From: an uncultured Anaerolineales bacterium
GTDB lineage: Bacteria; Chloroflexota; Anaerolineae; Anaerolineales; UBA11858
Reading direction: 5' to 3'
Assembly (NCBI GenBank): GCA_964603385.1
Contig: CAZRUS010000004.1
Coordinates: 66,632-130,631, forward strand
DNA length: 64,000 nt
The position numbers were made by a program, and so were the translations under genes. Position 1 is the stretch's first letter; every line of letters begins with the position of its first letter. Shown here one piece after another: positions 36,380-47,603 of this stretch. A model generated the notes under the pieces. It saw nothing but the letters and a program-made list of their open reading frames with translations, was not told the DNA's origin and did no database searches.

Positions 36380-37921
36380 TTATACCCTGAGCAGAGCTTT
36401 GATTTCCGGGATAACGAAGGGCGCAGCAGCGGCCGCCGCGATCAGGGAAGCACCCCCGGCAGCGGCAGCGTTGAGCAGGGATGTCTGCCCGGATAGATCA
36501 ACCAGGCTGAGCAGCAGCACACTGATGCCAGCGCCGACAGCTGAGGCAGCTGCGGTTCGCAGCACCGTCGACTTTAACCGCGGCCGGTATGGCAGAGGAC
36601 GGTAGAGCAGATAGAAGAGCAGCACTGCTTCCAGGGTGAAGACCAGAGAGTTAGCCAGCCCGATCCCCGGCGCGCCCAGCCAACCGGTCAAGAGAATTCC
36701 CACAAGCAGGAAAGCAATCAGGGAGATTCCTGATGTGATCAGGGGAACAACGGCATTGTGGCGGGCGTAAAATGACCGCGCGGATATCTCCAACAGGGAG
36801 TGTCCCAGGAGACCGGTCAGGTAGGCGCGGGCAGTCCAGACGACCAGGTCGCTTCCGGCGCTGTCAAAATTGAGGATCTCAATCAGCGGGGGCAGATTAA
36901 TGGCCAGGATAACCCCTGCGGGAACTGACAGGGCAATAATGGTCTGGATGCTGACTTCGAGTGTGCCGTGGAACTTTTCTCTCTCCCCGCGGGCAGTCTG
37001 CTCCGCTAAGGTGGGGAGCAGCGCGGTACCCAGCGCGGTGCCAATCACCGATTGGGGCACCTGCATGAACAGCCACCCGTAGACCAGCGCAGTGACTGCC
37101 CCCACACTCAAGCGGGAAGCCAGATTGTCCTGGGTGAGAAAGATCAGGTGAATAAACAGCACAGTAAGCACGCGGGGCCCCATCAGCCGCAGCACTTCCC
37201 GGACGCTGGAATCGCCCACCGACAGGGACGGGGTCCAGCGGAATTGAAAACGCAGCAGGCCGGGAATCTGAACCAGCAGGAATAAGGCTGCGCCAAAAAT
37301 TACCCCATAGACCAGGCCGTCCACCCCCAGACCAAAGGCCGGCAGGGTGATCGGCCCCAGCTGGAAGCCCTTCTCAGGGGCTAGAATCAGGATCCCCGCC
37401 AGGGATCCCAGATCGTACATGCTGGGAGCTAAGGCGGGGAGCAGAAAGTGTTGATGGGCCTGCAGGCCGGCGATGGCCAATCCGCCCAGCGCAAACAGCA
37501 CGGTGGCGATCAGATTGAGCCGCATCAACCGGACTACCAGCTGCTGCTGTTCCACCCCAAATCCAGGCGCGATTCCAATTTCCCAGGACACCAGCTGGTT
37601 GGCACCGAGGGCGATCAGCAGGGATAATCCTATCGCCGCCAGAAATATCAGATTGGTGATGCGGGAAAACAGCAGCCAGGTTGGCTCTCTGCCTTTTTCC
37701 TCCCGGGTCTCAGAAAGCACTGGGATGAAAGCCATGGCCAGAGCGCCGCCAGATATCAGGGCGAAAACCAAATCTGGAATGTTATTGGCAGCATTGAAAG
37801 CATCCAGCTCTGCTGAGAGGCGGAAAGAACGAGCGATGATCACATGGCGGACGAACCCGAGCACCTTTTCCAGGCCAAAAAAAATTGCGATGATCAGGGT
37901 CGACCGGGCGATGTGTTTCAT
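36380..37921 (-). CDS. murJ: Lipid II flippase MurJ (MviN family)
   Basis: 513 aa, about 14 TM. The N-terminus STLIIAIFFGLEKVLGFVRHVIIARSFRLSAELDAFNAANNIPDLVF is typical of MurJ. Confidence 0.85.
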   Translation of the reverse strand: MKHIARSTLIIAIFFGLEKVLGFVRHVIIARSFRLSAELDAFNAANNIPDLVFALISGGALAMAFIPVLSETREEKGREPTWLLFSRITNLIFLAAIGLSLLIALGANQLVSWEIGIAPGFGVEQQQLVVRLMRLNLIATVLFALGGLAIAGLQAHQHFLLPALAPSMYDLGSLAGILILAPEKGFQLGPITLPAFGLGVDGLVYGVIFGAALFLLVQIPGLLRFQFRWTPSLSVGDSSVREVLRLMGPRVLTVLFIHLIFLTQDNLASRLSVGAVTALVYGWLFMQVPQSVIGTALGTALLPTLAEQTARGEREKFHGTLEVSIQTIIALSVPAGVILAINLPPLIEILNFDSAGSDLVVWTARAYLTGLLGHSLLEISARSFYARHNAVVPLITSGISLIAFLLVGILLTGWLGAPGIGLANSLVFTLEAVLLFYLLYRPLPYRPRLKSTVLRTAAASAVGAGISVLLLSLVDLSGQTSLLNAAAAGGASLIAAAAAAPFVIPEIKALLRV

Positions 37922-38070
37922 GAGCTAGAGTATAGCATAATTGCCTGGATCAAGATTAATACTGGATCATCGTACCCCGGCCGGCGGAGGACTTTTGTTC
38001 TCCCTGGAAGAGTGGTAAGATATACCTGGTACGAGCTAAAAGCAAGAGCTGATTTTATAAGTGAGGAAGC

Positions 38071-39117
38071 ATGCGCACAGTGTATTGGGATCAGGAGAAC
38101 AACACGGTCAAAATGATCGACCAGCGGCTGCTGCCGGTGGACTATGTAATCAACGAATATACCCGCTATCAGGATGTCGCCCGGGCGATTTCCGATATGG
38201 TGGTCCGGGGAGCCCCGGCTATTGGAGCGTCTGCTGGGTTTGGTCTTGCTCTGGCGGGTTTTCAGTCTTCAGCTCCGACGGTGCAGGAGCTTCGCCAGGA
38301 TCTGGAGAAAGCGGCCAGGGAGCTGGAAAAAGCCCGGCCTACTGCAGTCAATCTGGCCTGGGCTCTGAAGCGGATTCTCAAGAAAACTGCGGGAGAATAC
38401 CCGCAGGCAGATGATCTGCGGGAGGCAGTGCTGGACTCGGCGCAGCGGATTGCTGATGAGGATGTGGAAATCAACAAGCGGATGGCCGCTCACGGAGCGG
38501 AGCTGATCGACGAGGGCGATACCATCATCCATCACTGCAACACTGGTTCATTGGCCACCGTGGATTGGGGGACGGCGCTGGGAGTCATTCATACCGCCCA
38601 TGAGCAGGGCAAAAACATCCATGTGCTGGTGGATGAAACCCGACCCCGACTGCAGGGCGCCCGGCTCACTGCCTGGGAGCTGGAGCAGTATGGGATTCCT
38701 TACGACATCATCAGTGATAATGCCGCCGGTTATTTTTTGTCCACAGGCAGGGTGCAGAAGGTGGTTTTCGGGGCAGATCGGGCGGCCGCCAACGGGGATG
38801 TGGCCAATAAAATTGGCACCTATATGCTGGCCCTGGCCGCTGATGATAACGGGGTCCCTGCCTATGCTGTCATCCCGACCTCGACAATTGACCTTTCTCT
38901 GGCTTCCGGGGATCTGATCCCCATCGAAGAGCGAAGCCCGGATGAGGTTCTGGGGATTTCTCTGCAGGGCAAGCAGATCGCCCCGGAGGGGGCCAGCGCC
39001 CGCAATCCGGCTTTTGACATCACCCCGCACCGTTTGATCAGCGGGATTGTCACCGAAAACGGGGTGGTTTCTCCTCCCTATCAGGAAAATCTCCCCCACG
39101 TTGTCCCTAGCGATTAA
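38071..39117 (+). CDS. mtnA: S-methyl-5-thioribose-1-phosphate isomerase family protein (MtnA / eIF-2B-like)
   Basis: MRTVYWDQENNTVKMIDQRLLP, VRGAPAIGASAGFGLAL, THCNTGSLATVDWGTALGV, GADRAAANGDVANKIGTY. Discriminating MtnA from related sugar-phosphate isomerases needs a search. Confidence 0.8.
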   Translation: MRTVYWDQENNTVKMIDQRLLPVDYVINEYTRYQDVARAISDMVVRGAPAIGASAGFGLALAGFQSSAPTVQELRQDLEKAARELEKARPTAVNLAWALKRILKKTAGEYPQADDLREAVLDSAQRIADEDVEINKRMAAHGAELIDEGDTIIHHCNTGSLATVDWGTALGVIHTAHEQGKNIHVLVDETRPRLQGARLTAWELEQYGIPYDIISDNAAGYFLSTGRVQKVVFGADRAAANGDVANKIGTYMLALAADDNGVPAYAVIPTSTIDLSLASGDLIPIEERSPDEVLGISLQGKQIAPEGASARNPAFDITPHRLISGIVTENGVVSPPYQENLPHVVPSD

Positions 39118-39132
39118 CCCTGGAAGATATTC

Positions 39133-41410
<2,278 letters not shown>

Positions 41411-41444
41411 TTTCCACTGCAGTAAGGGAGAAACAGGAAACCTT

Positions 41445-41480
41445 CCCCGGGTCAGCGAATTGACCCGGGGCTTTTTTTTT
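41445..41480 (+). terminator. Rho-independent terminator after ahcY
   Basis: 10-bp stem CCCCGGGTCA / TGACCCGGGG with loop GCGAAT, followed by C and T9. Confidence 0.85.
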
Positions 41481-41628
41481 AATCTCCAGGATGCGTTTTC
41501 TAATCTTTTCCGCTCCGGGAGACTTTGTGTTTCTGGGACAGGAAGGTTACAATAACCATACTTGTACCCGTTTTCACGAATCTGGGTTCCGGAATTCGCT
41601 GCCCCCATCCTTACCGGGGAGGTGCTTT

Positions 41629-42678
41629 ATGAGTGAAATTAACAGGCGCAGGTTTTTACGCCTTCTGACCGGGGTGCTGGGCTATGCAGCCAGCACGTAC
41701 CTGCTCGGCTGTCAGGACCCATCCAAGCTGGCGGAAAAGCGAGGAGCCGCGGATAAACTCGCACCGGCAGCTGACACACCTACTTTTACGCCAACCCAGG
41801 CAGTCACGCAAACTGCCGATCCTGGAGAGACCGGCACAGCGACAGCAACCCCTCAGCCGACGATGGCAGTGGCGGACCTGGCTGTGGCCCGGAATGGGGA
41901 GCCTGAGGTGATTACCAGGAAAGCCCTGGCCGCCCTGGGCGGGATGGAGCGTTTTGTAAAATCAGGGGATGATGTCATCATCAAACCCAATATCTGTGTA
42001 GCCTACCACAGCTATGAGTACGCTGCTACCACGAACCCCTGGGTGGTTAGCGCGCTGGTCAAGATGGCTTTGGAGGCCGGCGCCAAGCGCGTCCGGGTGA
42101 TGGACTACCCCTTTGGGGGTACGGCAGAACAGGCCTACCGGGTGAGCGGGATCGCCAATCAGGTGAAGAAGGCTGGGGGTAGAATGGTCACCATGGCCAA
42201 CTTCAAATACGTGAACACAAAAATCCCCCAGGGGCAGGACTTAAAAGAATGCAAGATCTATCAGGATGTGCTCGATGCTGATGTGCTCATCAATGTGCCC
42301 ATCGCCAAACACCATGAATTAGCCCGGCTGACCCTGGCGATGAAAAATATGATGGGTGTCCTTTATTACCGGCCCATGATGCACATAAATCTTGGACAGC
42401 GTCTAGCCGATCTCAACAGCAGGGTGCGGTCTCATCTGGTGGTTGTCGATGCGGTCAGGATGCTGATGGACCACGGACCCAGCGGGGGAAACCTCAATGA
42501 TGTTCGCCTTGCTAACACGGTCATCGCCACCCCGGATATTGTGGCGGCAGATACCTATGCTGCCTCATTATTTGGACTTAAGCCGCGGGATCTGGCTTAC
42601 ATTCAGGCTGGGGCCGCGATGGGGTTGGGCACCAAAGACCTCAGCGGGCTGAAAATCGAGGAGATCAATCTTGGCTGA
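41629..42678 (+). CDS. TAT-signal DUF362-domain protein
   Basis: ATG 41629 gives MSEINRRRFLRLLTGVLGYAAS (twin-arginine motif). A T/P/A linker follows. DUF362-like DDVIIKPNICV ... TTNPWVVSALVKMALEAGAKRVRVMD ... PIAKHHELARLTLAMKNMMGV. Confidence 0.75.
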   Translation: MSEINRRRFLRLLTGVLGYAASTYLLGCQDPSKLAEKRGAADKLAPAADTPTFTPTQAVTQTADPGETGTATATPQPTMAVADLAVARNGEPEVITRKALAALGGMERFVKSGDDVIIKPNICVAYHSYEYAATTNPWVVSALVKMALEAGAKRVRVMDYPFGGTAEQAYRVSGIANQVKKAGGRMVTMANFKYVNTKIPQGQDLKECKIYQDVLDADVLINVPIAKHHELARLTLAMKNMMGVLYYRPMMHINLGQRLADLNSRVRSHLVVVDAVRMLMDHGPSGGNLNDVRLANTVIATPDIVAADTYAASLFGLKPRDLAYIQAGAAMGLGTKDLSGLKIEEINLG

Positions 42679-44269
42679 GAGCACTCGTAGTTCCATTTTC
42701 GATTGGACTCCAGAGCGCTGGATCCGGCTCAGAAAAGGTGTGCAGGTTGCAGCCCTGCTGGGATTCCTGGGGCTTTTCTTCTGGGCAGGCCGCGTTTTTT
42801 ATCTTCAACCGGATGCGGGAAGCAGAGCCGCCGGTTTTTGGGTAAATCTTCCCCTGCGGCTGGATCCGCTGGTGATGGTTGCTCAGCTGGCTGCCAGCAG
42901 GGTTTTCCTGGGAATTTCCCTGCTGTTTCTGATCACCCTGGCGGCAACCCTTTTGTTTGGGCGGGTGTGGTGCGGCTGGTTCTGCCCGCTGGGAACGCTG
43001 CTGGAATGGACCTCCGGGAAAAATAATCCCCGCCGGAGCAGGAAAATTTCCAATTCCTGGCGGGGGGTGAAATATATCCTGCTGCTGACCATTCTGGGGG
43101 CCGCCCTGCTGGGAAACCTCAGCCTGCTGGTGCTGGACCCGCTGACAATCTTGATCAGGACGCTGACCAGCGCAGTGATGCCCGCCCTGGATGCCGGGTT
43201 TACAGCCCTGGAAAGGCTGCTCTTCCGGATTCCTGTATTGCAGGGAGCTGTCGGATTGTTGGACAGCTGGGTCCGACCGGCTGTCTTTCCGCTGCAGCCG
43301 GACAGCTTTCGATCCGGCCTGCTGTTTGCCCTGCTGATGGCCGGGATTATGACTTTAAATGCACTCACTCCGCGATTTTGGTGCCGATATCTCTGTCCCC
43401 TGGGTGGGATGCTGGGCTGGATCAGTAAATTCAGCCTGGTCAGGGCGCGGGTTGAGGGAGACTGCACCCTATGTGGGCAGTGCCTTCAGGTATGCCCAAC
43501 AGGGGCCATACAGAAAGGCGATTCCCTGGAGGTGGATGCCGGTGAGTGCATCATGTGCATGGTCTGTCCCACAACCTGCCCCACAGCCGGACTCCAGATT
43601 TCTGCCGGTCCCCCCAGCCCTCACTGGCGCGCTTATGATCCGGATAGAAGAAAGCTGGTTCTCTCTCTGGGGGCTGCTGCTGCTGGGGTGGGAATTTTCC
43701 AGCGGGATTTTTCCGCCGGACAGACCCATCCCCACTTAATCCGACCCCCTGGTGTCCTGAACGAAGAGTTCCTGCAGCAGTGCATCCGCTGCGGGGAGTG
43801 CAGTGAAGTGTGTCCCACCAATGCCATCCAGCCGGCAGGGCTGGAATCCGGCCTGGAAGGATTCTGGACGCCGATTTTAATCCCCCGGACCGGCTACTGT
43901 GATTATTCCTGCAATGCCTGCGGACAGGTGTGTCCGGTAGAGGCGATCCCCCCGCTCAGCGTTGCTGAGAAGCGGAATCAGGTCATCGGCAGGGCGTATA
44001 TCAATACCAACCGCTGCATCCCCTGGGCAGATCAGCAGGACTGTATTGTCTGTGAGGAGATGTGCCCCATTCCCGAAAAAGCGATTTTGCTGCAGGAGGA
44101 GACCGTCCACAGGCCAACCGGGGAAAGAGTCCAGGTGCTGCGGCCCTATGTCGTTCGCGACCGCTGCATCGGCTGCGGAATCTGTGAGAACAAGTGTCCG
44201 GTAGCTGGAGAGGCCGCCATCCGTGTTTATACACCCCCACCGGACTGCCAAACGGTAATTTCCACCTGA
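42671..44269 (+). CDS. Membrane-bound polyferredoxin (NapH/NosH/RdhC-like N-terminal TM domain plus multiple 4Fe-4S motifs)
   Basis: TTG start overlaps the DUF362 stop by 8 nt; the start is uncertain. TM-embedded WCGWFCPLG and WCRYLCPLG. Cluster motifs CTLCGQCLQVCP, CIMCMVCPTTCP, CIRCGECSEVCP, CNACGQVCP, CIVCEEMCP, CIGCGICENKCP. Confidence 0.85.
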   Translation: MAESTRSSIFDWTPERWIRLRKGVQVAALLGFLGLFFWAGRVFYLQPDAGSRAAGFWVNLPLRLDPLVMVAQLAASRVFLGISLLFLITLAATLLFGRVWCGWFCPLGTLLEWTSGKNNPRRSRKISNSWRGVKYILLLTILGAALLGNLSLLVLDPLTILIRTLTSAVMPALDAGFTALERLLFRIPVLQGAVGLLDSWVRPAVFPLQPDSFRSGLLFALLMAGIMTLNALTPRFWCRYLCPLGGMLGWISKFSLVRARVEGDCTLCGQCLQVCPTGAIQKGDSLEVDAGECIMCMVCPTTCPTAGLQISAGPPSPHWRAYDPDRRKLVLSLGAAAAGVGIFQRDFSAGQTHPHLIRPPGVLNEEFLQQCIRCGECSEVCPTNAIQPAGLESGLEGFWTPILIPRTGYCDYSCNACGQVCPVEAIPPLSVAEKRNQVIGRAYINTNRCIPWADQQDCIVCEEMCPIPEKAILLQEETVHRPTGERVQVLRPYVVRDRCIGCGICENKCPVAGEAAIRVYTPPPDCQTVIST

Positions 44270-45267
44270 GAGAGGAAAGTCTGGCGAAGGATCTCATCCC
44301 CTGGCTGCTGGAATCCGCTGAGCCCTGGACGCGGTATCGAACCAGGCTGGACCTGCTGGGGATGTCTGCTTCTCATCCTGCGGTGATCCACGATCGGGAG
44401 CAGCTTCTGGGTCACTCTCTGGTGCAGGAGTTGATTGAGAAAGCTTCCTCATGGCCAGGATATGCACTGAAACGGCACAATGACGCCGCTCATCCACTGT
44501 ATGCCATCAGCACGTTGGCTGATTTTGGGTTGACAGGGGAAGATTCACAATTGAGGACCACTGTTGAAAAGATTTTTCATCACCAATCAGCAGAAGGGCC
44601 TTTTCAGACTCAGCTCAGGCTGTACAAACGTTTCGGTGGCCTGGAAGGGGAGCACTGGAGCTGGATGGCCTGCGATGCACCCACACTGCTGTCATCCCTG
44701 GTCGCCTTTGGCTTTCAGGAAGACTCCCGCATAAAGCATGCCCTGGCAGTACTGCTTCAGTCAGTGGAGGGAAATGGCTGGCGTTGTCAAGCAGCAGAGG
44801 AGCTGGGAAATTTCAAAGGTCCTGGGAAACGGGAAGATCCCTGTCCAATTGCGAATGTTTCTGCGCTCAAGGTGCTGTCACTGCTGCCGGAAGACAAACA
44901 CCGGGAGGCTGTGAAGCGAGGGGTGGATATGCTGCTGAGGCATTGGACAGAGCAAAAGGATAAGAAATATTTTTTATTTGGGATTGGAACCGATTTTCGA
45001 AAGATCAAATATCCCCTGGTTTGGTACAACATCCTTCATGTTGTCGAAGTCCTCAGCCGATTCTCTTCTGCTGTTTCCGATCCCAGATTCCAGGAGATGC
45101 TTTCCGCTCTGATCATCCAGGCGGACGAAAGGGGGAAATTTACAGCGGGATCAATGTACCGCAGTTGGAAGAAATGGTCCTTTGCGGATAAGAAAGCCCC
45201 TTCTCCCTGGCTGACATTTCTGGTTTTGAGGATCAGCAAGCGGACGGGCCTGCGGGTCAGTTGTTAG
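44194..45267 (+). CDS. Hypothetical protein, possibly alpha/alpha-toroid (prenyltransferase/terpene-cyclase-like repeats). Start uncertain.
   Basis: Long open frame in codon-like sequence. The ORF-track GTG at 44194 overlaps the upstream gene by 76 nt, and the next in-frame ATG is 44362. Weak repeat-like elements (EGNGWRCQ, helix-rich). No signal peptide. Confidence 0.6.
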   Translation: MSGSWRGRHPCLYTPTGLPNGNFHLREESLAKDLIPWLLESAEPWTRYRTRLDLLGMSASHPAVIHDREQLLGHSLVQELIEKASSWPGYALKRHNDAAHPLYAISTLADFGLTGEDSQLRTTVEKIFHHQSAEGPFQTQLRLYKRFGGLEGEHWSWMACDAPTLLSSLVAFGFQEDSRIKHALAVLLQSVEGNGWRCQAAEELGNFKGPGKREDPCPIANVSALKVLSLLPEDKHREAVKRGVDMLLRHWTEQKDKKYFLFGIGTDFRKIKYPLVWYNILHVVEVLSRFSSAVSDPRFQEMLSALIIQADERGKFTAGSMYRSWKKWSFADKKAPSPWLTFLVLRISKRTGLRVSC

Positions 45268-45281
45268 CTGAACTGGGTTCT

Positions 45282-45313
45282 AAAAAGGCTCCAGGAATGA
45301 AGGGAGCCTTTTT
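45282..45313. terminator. Bidirectional rho-independent terminator between convergent genes
   Basis: AAAAAGGCTCC - 10-nt loop - GGAGCCTTTTT. The A/T runs flank the stem on both strands. Confidence 0.8.
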
Positions 45314-45327
45314 AGCATGAGAGAAGT

Positions 45328-46173
45328 TTACTCAACCGAGTACAGCTCGGTAGTGCCGCCCCCCATGGTTTCATCCATCGTTTCCTGTCTGACCATGCCC
45401 ACCCCTTCCACATACCAGGTGGAATAATCCAGAGGAAGATCTGAAAATGCCGCGCCGACATCACCACCCAGATCAATGGAGATCGTCCCGGTGGAATCCA
45501 CTCGGTAGGCTTCAGGAAATGTGCCGGCGCTGACCGTCACTTCCTCGATGCCGGCGATGGTGTTGAGGATATCAATTTCCATATCGGTATTTACCGAGAT
45601 GCCTTCCATGGAGAAATCAGCCTTGACCTGATAGCTGCTGTTCCAGGATGCGCCTACTTCCCATTCCTCAGCTGGCAGCAGATAGACGCCTTCATAATCC
45701 AGGGTTTCAAAATCAAGTCCCTCAAACTGGGTAAAATTGATGGTGGCGTATTCGCTGGAGATCAGCCCGGATTCATCACAGTACCAGGTGGCCGTTGCTG
45801 TGAAGATTTCTCCTGTCTCCCTGTCCCGCAGACTCATGGTGGACTGGAAGGATTCTTCCGTGATCTCAGCGTAAGAGAGGCTGAATTGACCCTCCTCATC
45901 CGCCTCGGGACTGTGGATCAGATACGTCCAGGTGGTGTCGCTTCGGATGGGATAAAAAGGATGCTGGCAGGCGCCCTCCGCCTCAGATTCCAGGTTGAGT
46001 ATTTCCGGTGTTGGTTCCAGCGTGGCCGTGGGCGGTATGGCTGTGGCGGCTGGCGGTCCTTCCTCGACTGGTTCTGGCGGGGACGGTTCAGCCGGGGTGC
46101 AGGAACTCAGAATCAAAAGCAACGCTGTCAGAACTCCAATGAGTGGAAACCGGGACTGCTTCAAAGTGAACAT
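45328..46173 (-). CDS. Secreted hypothetical lipoprotein
   Basis: MFTLKQSRFPLIGVLTALLLILSSCTPAEP (lipobox) followed by a P/E/T linker. No recognisable catalytic motif. Confidence 0.7.
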   Translation of the reverse strand: MFTLKQSRFPLIGVLTALLLILSSCTPAEPSPPEPVEEGPPAATAIPPTATLEPTPEILNLESEAEGACQHPFYPIRSDTTWTYLIHSPEADEEGQFSLSYAEITEESFQSTMSLRDRETGEIFTATATWYCDESGLISSEYATINFTQFEGLDFETLDYEGVYLLPAEEWEVGASWNSSYQVKADFSMEGISVNTDMEIDILNTIAGIEEVTVSAGTFPEAYRVDSTGTISIDLGGDVGAAFSDLPLDYSTWYVEGVGMVRQETMDETMGGGTTELYSVE

Positions 46174-46185
46174 ATTCCTCCTCTA

Positions 46186-47178
46186 TCAGGGAATACTGAA
46201 AAATACTTTTCCATATCCGATCAGATCGGCATCAAAAATGAACTCCAGGTTTTCTGCGTCTTCAGGCACCTGGAAGCCGATCTGTCCTCTAACTTTTTCT
46301 CCCGGCTGCAGTTCATCATCCGGGACCGCGCTGTCCGCAGCGGCCTGAGCCCCCAAGTGCATGGTGTACTGCTGACCGCTGCCGTCCTTCAGGTACATCT
46401 GCAGTCCGCCGGTAATCTCTCTGGTGGTGTCTCCCTGGTTCACCACGGTGACTTCAACCACAATAAACTGATACCCATCCTCCGGTTTGACCAGCTGGGT
46501 TCCTTCCGGTTGGGTTACACGCAGCACCTGAATGGAAAAATCAGAGATCTCCACGGCATCCCCAACCTGGTAGACTGGATGAGTGCGGTCCAGGGCAAGG
46601 TCCTCCGGGGGATCAATGGAGACCGGCAGGCTTCCCAGATCCACGGAGACCTCTCCCAGACCGATAATCTTTTGTTCATAAACGAAGACCAACCCGTCAG
46701 CATCTTCCGGGATCTGGTAGCCGATTTTGCCGCGGATTCTTTCCCCGGGGTTGATTTCTCCCCGGGGAGGATTGGCTCCGCTGGCTGCATTGGCTTTGCC
46801 GTTCAGGTTGTATTTTCTTCCCTGGCTGTCCTTTAAGGTCATCTGGAGCAGGGGCGAGACAGAGAAGGATCTTCCGCCCTGATTGGCGATGATCACCTCC
46901 ACGGCGACATATTTTTTTCCTTCTTCGGGTGGGTTGAAATCTCTTCCGGGAGGTTGATCCCAGCCCAGGACGATCAGCAGCGTGTTGTCCATGCTGATGA
47001 TGTCGCCGACCTGATAGGTTTGACCGCGGGTGGGTTCGGTTAGGGCAGCATCAGCGTAACTGCCTTCGGTGGCCAGACTGCCTACCTTTTCCGCTTGCTG
47101 CTCCAGCTGACAGCCGGTGCTCAGCAGGGAAAAGCCGCCCAGGAACAAAATGATAAGGAGAAAAGTTTTGATTTTCAT
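46186..47178 (-). CDS. Secreted lipoprotein with two tandem DUF4352-like Ig-type domains
   Basis: ATG 47178 gives MKIKTFLLIILFLGGFSLLSTGCQ. Two clearly paralogous ~125-aa halves: YQVGDIISMDNTLLIVLGW...KYVAVEVIIANQGG...GYQIPEDADGLVFVY versus YQVGDAVEISDFSIQVLRV...QFIVVEVTVVNQGD...GFQVPEDAENLEFIF. Confidence 0.8.
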   Translation of the reverse strand: MKIKTFLLIILFLGGFSLLSTGCQLEQQAEKVGSLATEGSYADAALTEPTRGQTYQVGDIISMDNTLLIVLGWDQPPGRDFNPPEEGKKYVAVEVIIANQGGRSFSVSPLLQMTLKDSQGRKYNLNGKANAASGANPPRGEINPGERIRGKIGYQIPEDADGLVFVYEQKIIGLGEVSVDLGSLPVSIDPPEDLALDRTHPVYQVGDAVEISDFSIQVLRVTQPEGTQLVKPEDGYQFIVVEVTVVNQGDTTREITGGLQMYLKDGSGQQYTMHLGAQAAADSAVPDDELQPGEKVRGQIGFQVPEDAENLEFIFDADLIGYGKVFFSIP

Positions 47179-47603
47179 GGGCATATTAGATGGGGGAGAA
47201 GATCTTATTAAGGGAAAAGTGAGTTTCATACCAGATCTATTATAGATGCTGTTGAGAAAAAAACAAAGCAGGTTTCCTTTAACGAATGATTAATTCCACA
47301 GAGACCACAGGAAACTGGATATTTCTCGCTGAAAGAGGCGAGATGTCATCTTCCCGGCTCTACCGCCTGCAGCTGCCGGCGGGATGAGCGACTCAGGATG
47401 GAATATTTCTCCAAATGAGAAATGATATATAATCAAAGCGCCACCCCAGGTTTTCTTTGTTCATTTTCATCCAGCAAACAGAGAAAGACCGTACCTGTGG
47501 TAAAATTTTTTCTCAAACCCGGTCTGCGATTCTTCCCGCAGCCGGTATTGCTGGTCTTGAAACCAGTTTCGTTGCAGTCAGGCAGGCCGCAGGGGAGGAT
47601 AGC

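Noticed and set aside
37922-38070. Leader of mtnA (and the 52-nt ahcY leader at 40099-40150), examined for SAM or SAH riboswitches
   Set aside because: I could not find the conserved SAM-I, SAM-II or SAH core sequences. The ahcY spacer is too short for a riboswitch. An Infernal scan would settle it.
44194-44361. Exact start of the third gene of the DUF362 cluster
   Set aside because: I could not fix it. GTG 44194 overlaps the polyferredoxin gene by 76 nt and lacks an SD. No ATG/GTG/TTG follows the GAGAGGAAAG sequence at 44269-44278 in frame, and the next ATG (44362) also lacks an SD. It is reported with the ORF-track start and flagged as uncertain.
45886-46836. 316-aa + strand ORF spanning two minus-strand lipoprotein genes
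   Set aside because: It crosses the intergenic gap between two well-supported minus-strand genes and has a low-complexity Gly/Arg/Ser composition.
47279-47295. TTAACG-N5-TTAATT direct repeat with 11-nt periodicity in the ppk upstream region, considered as a Pho box
   Set aside because: It has only two imperfect half-sites, about 310 nt from the ppk start and closer to the divergent lipoprotein gene. That is too weak to call without a genome-wide motif model.
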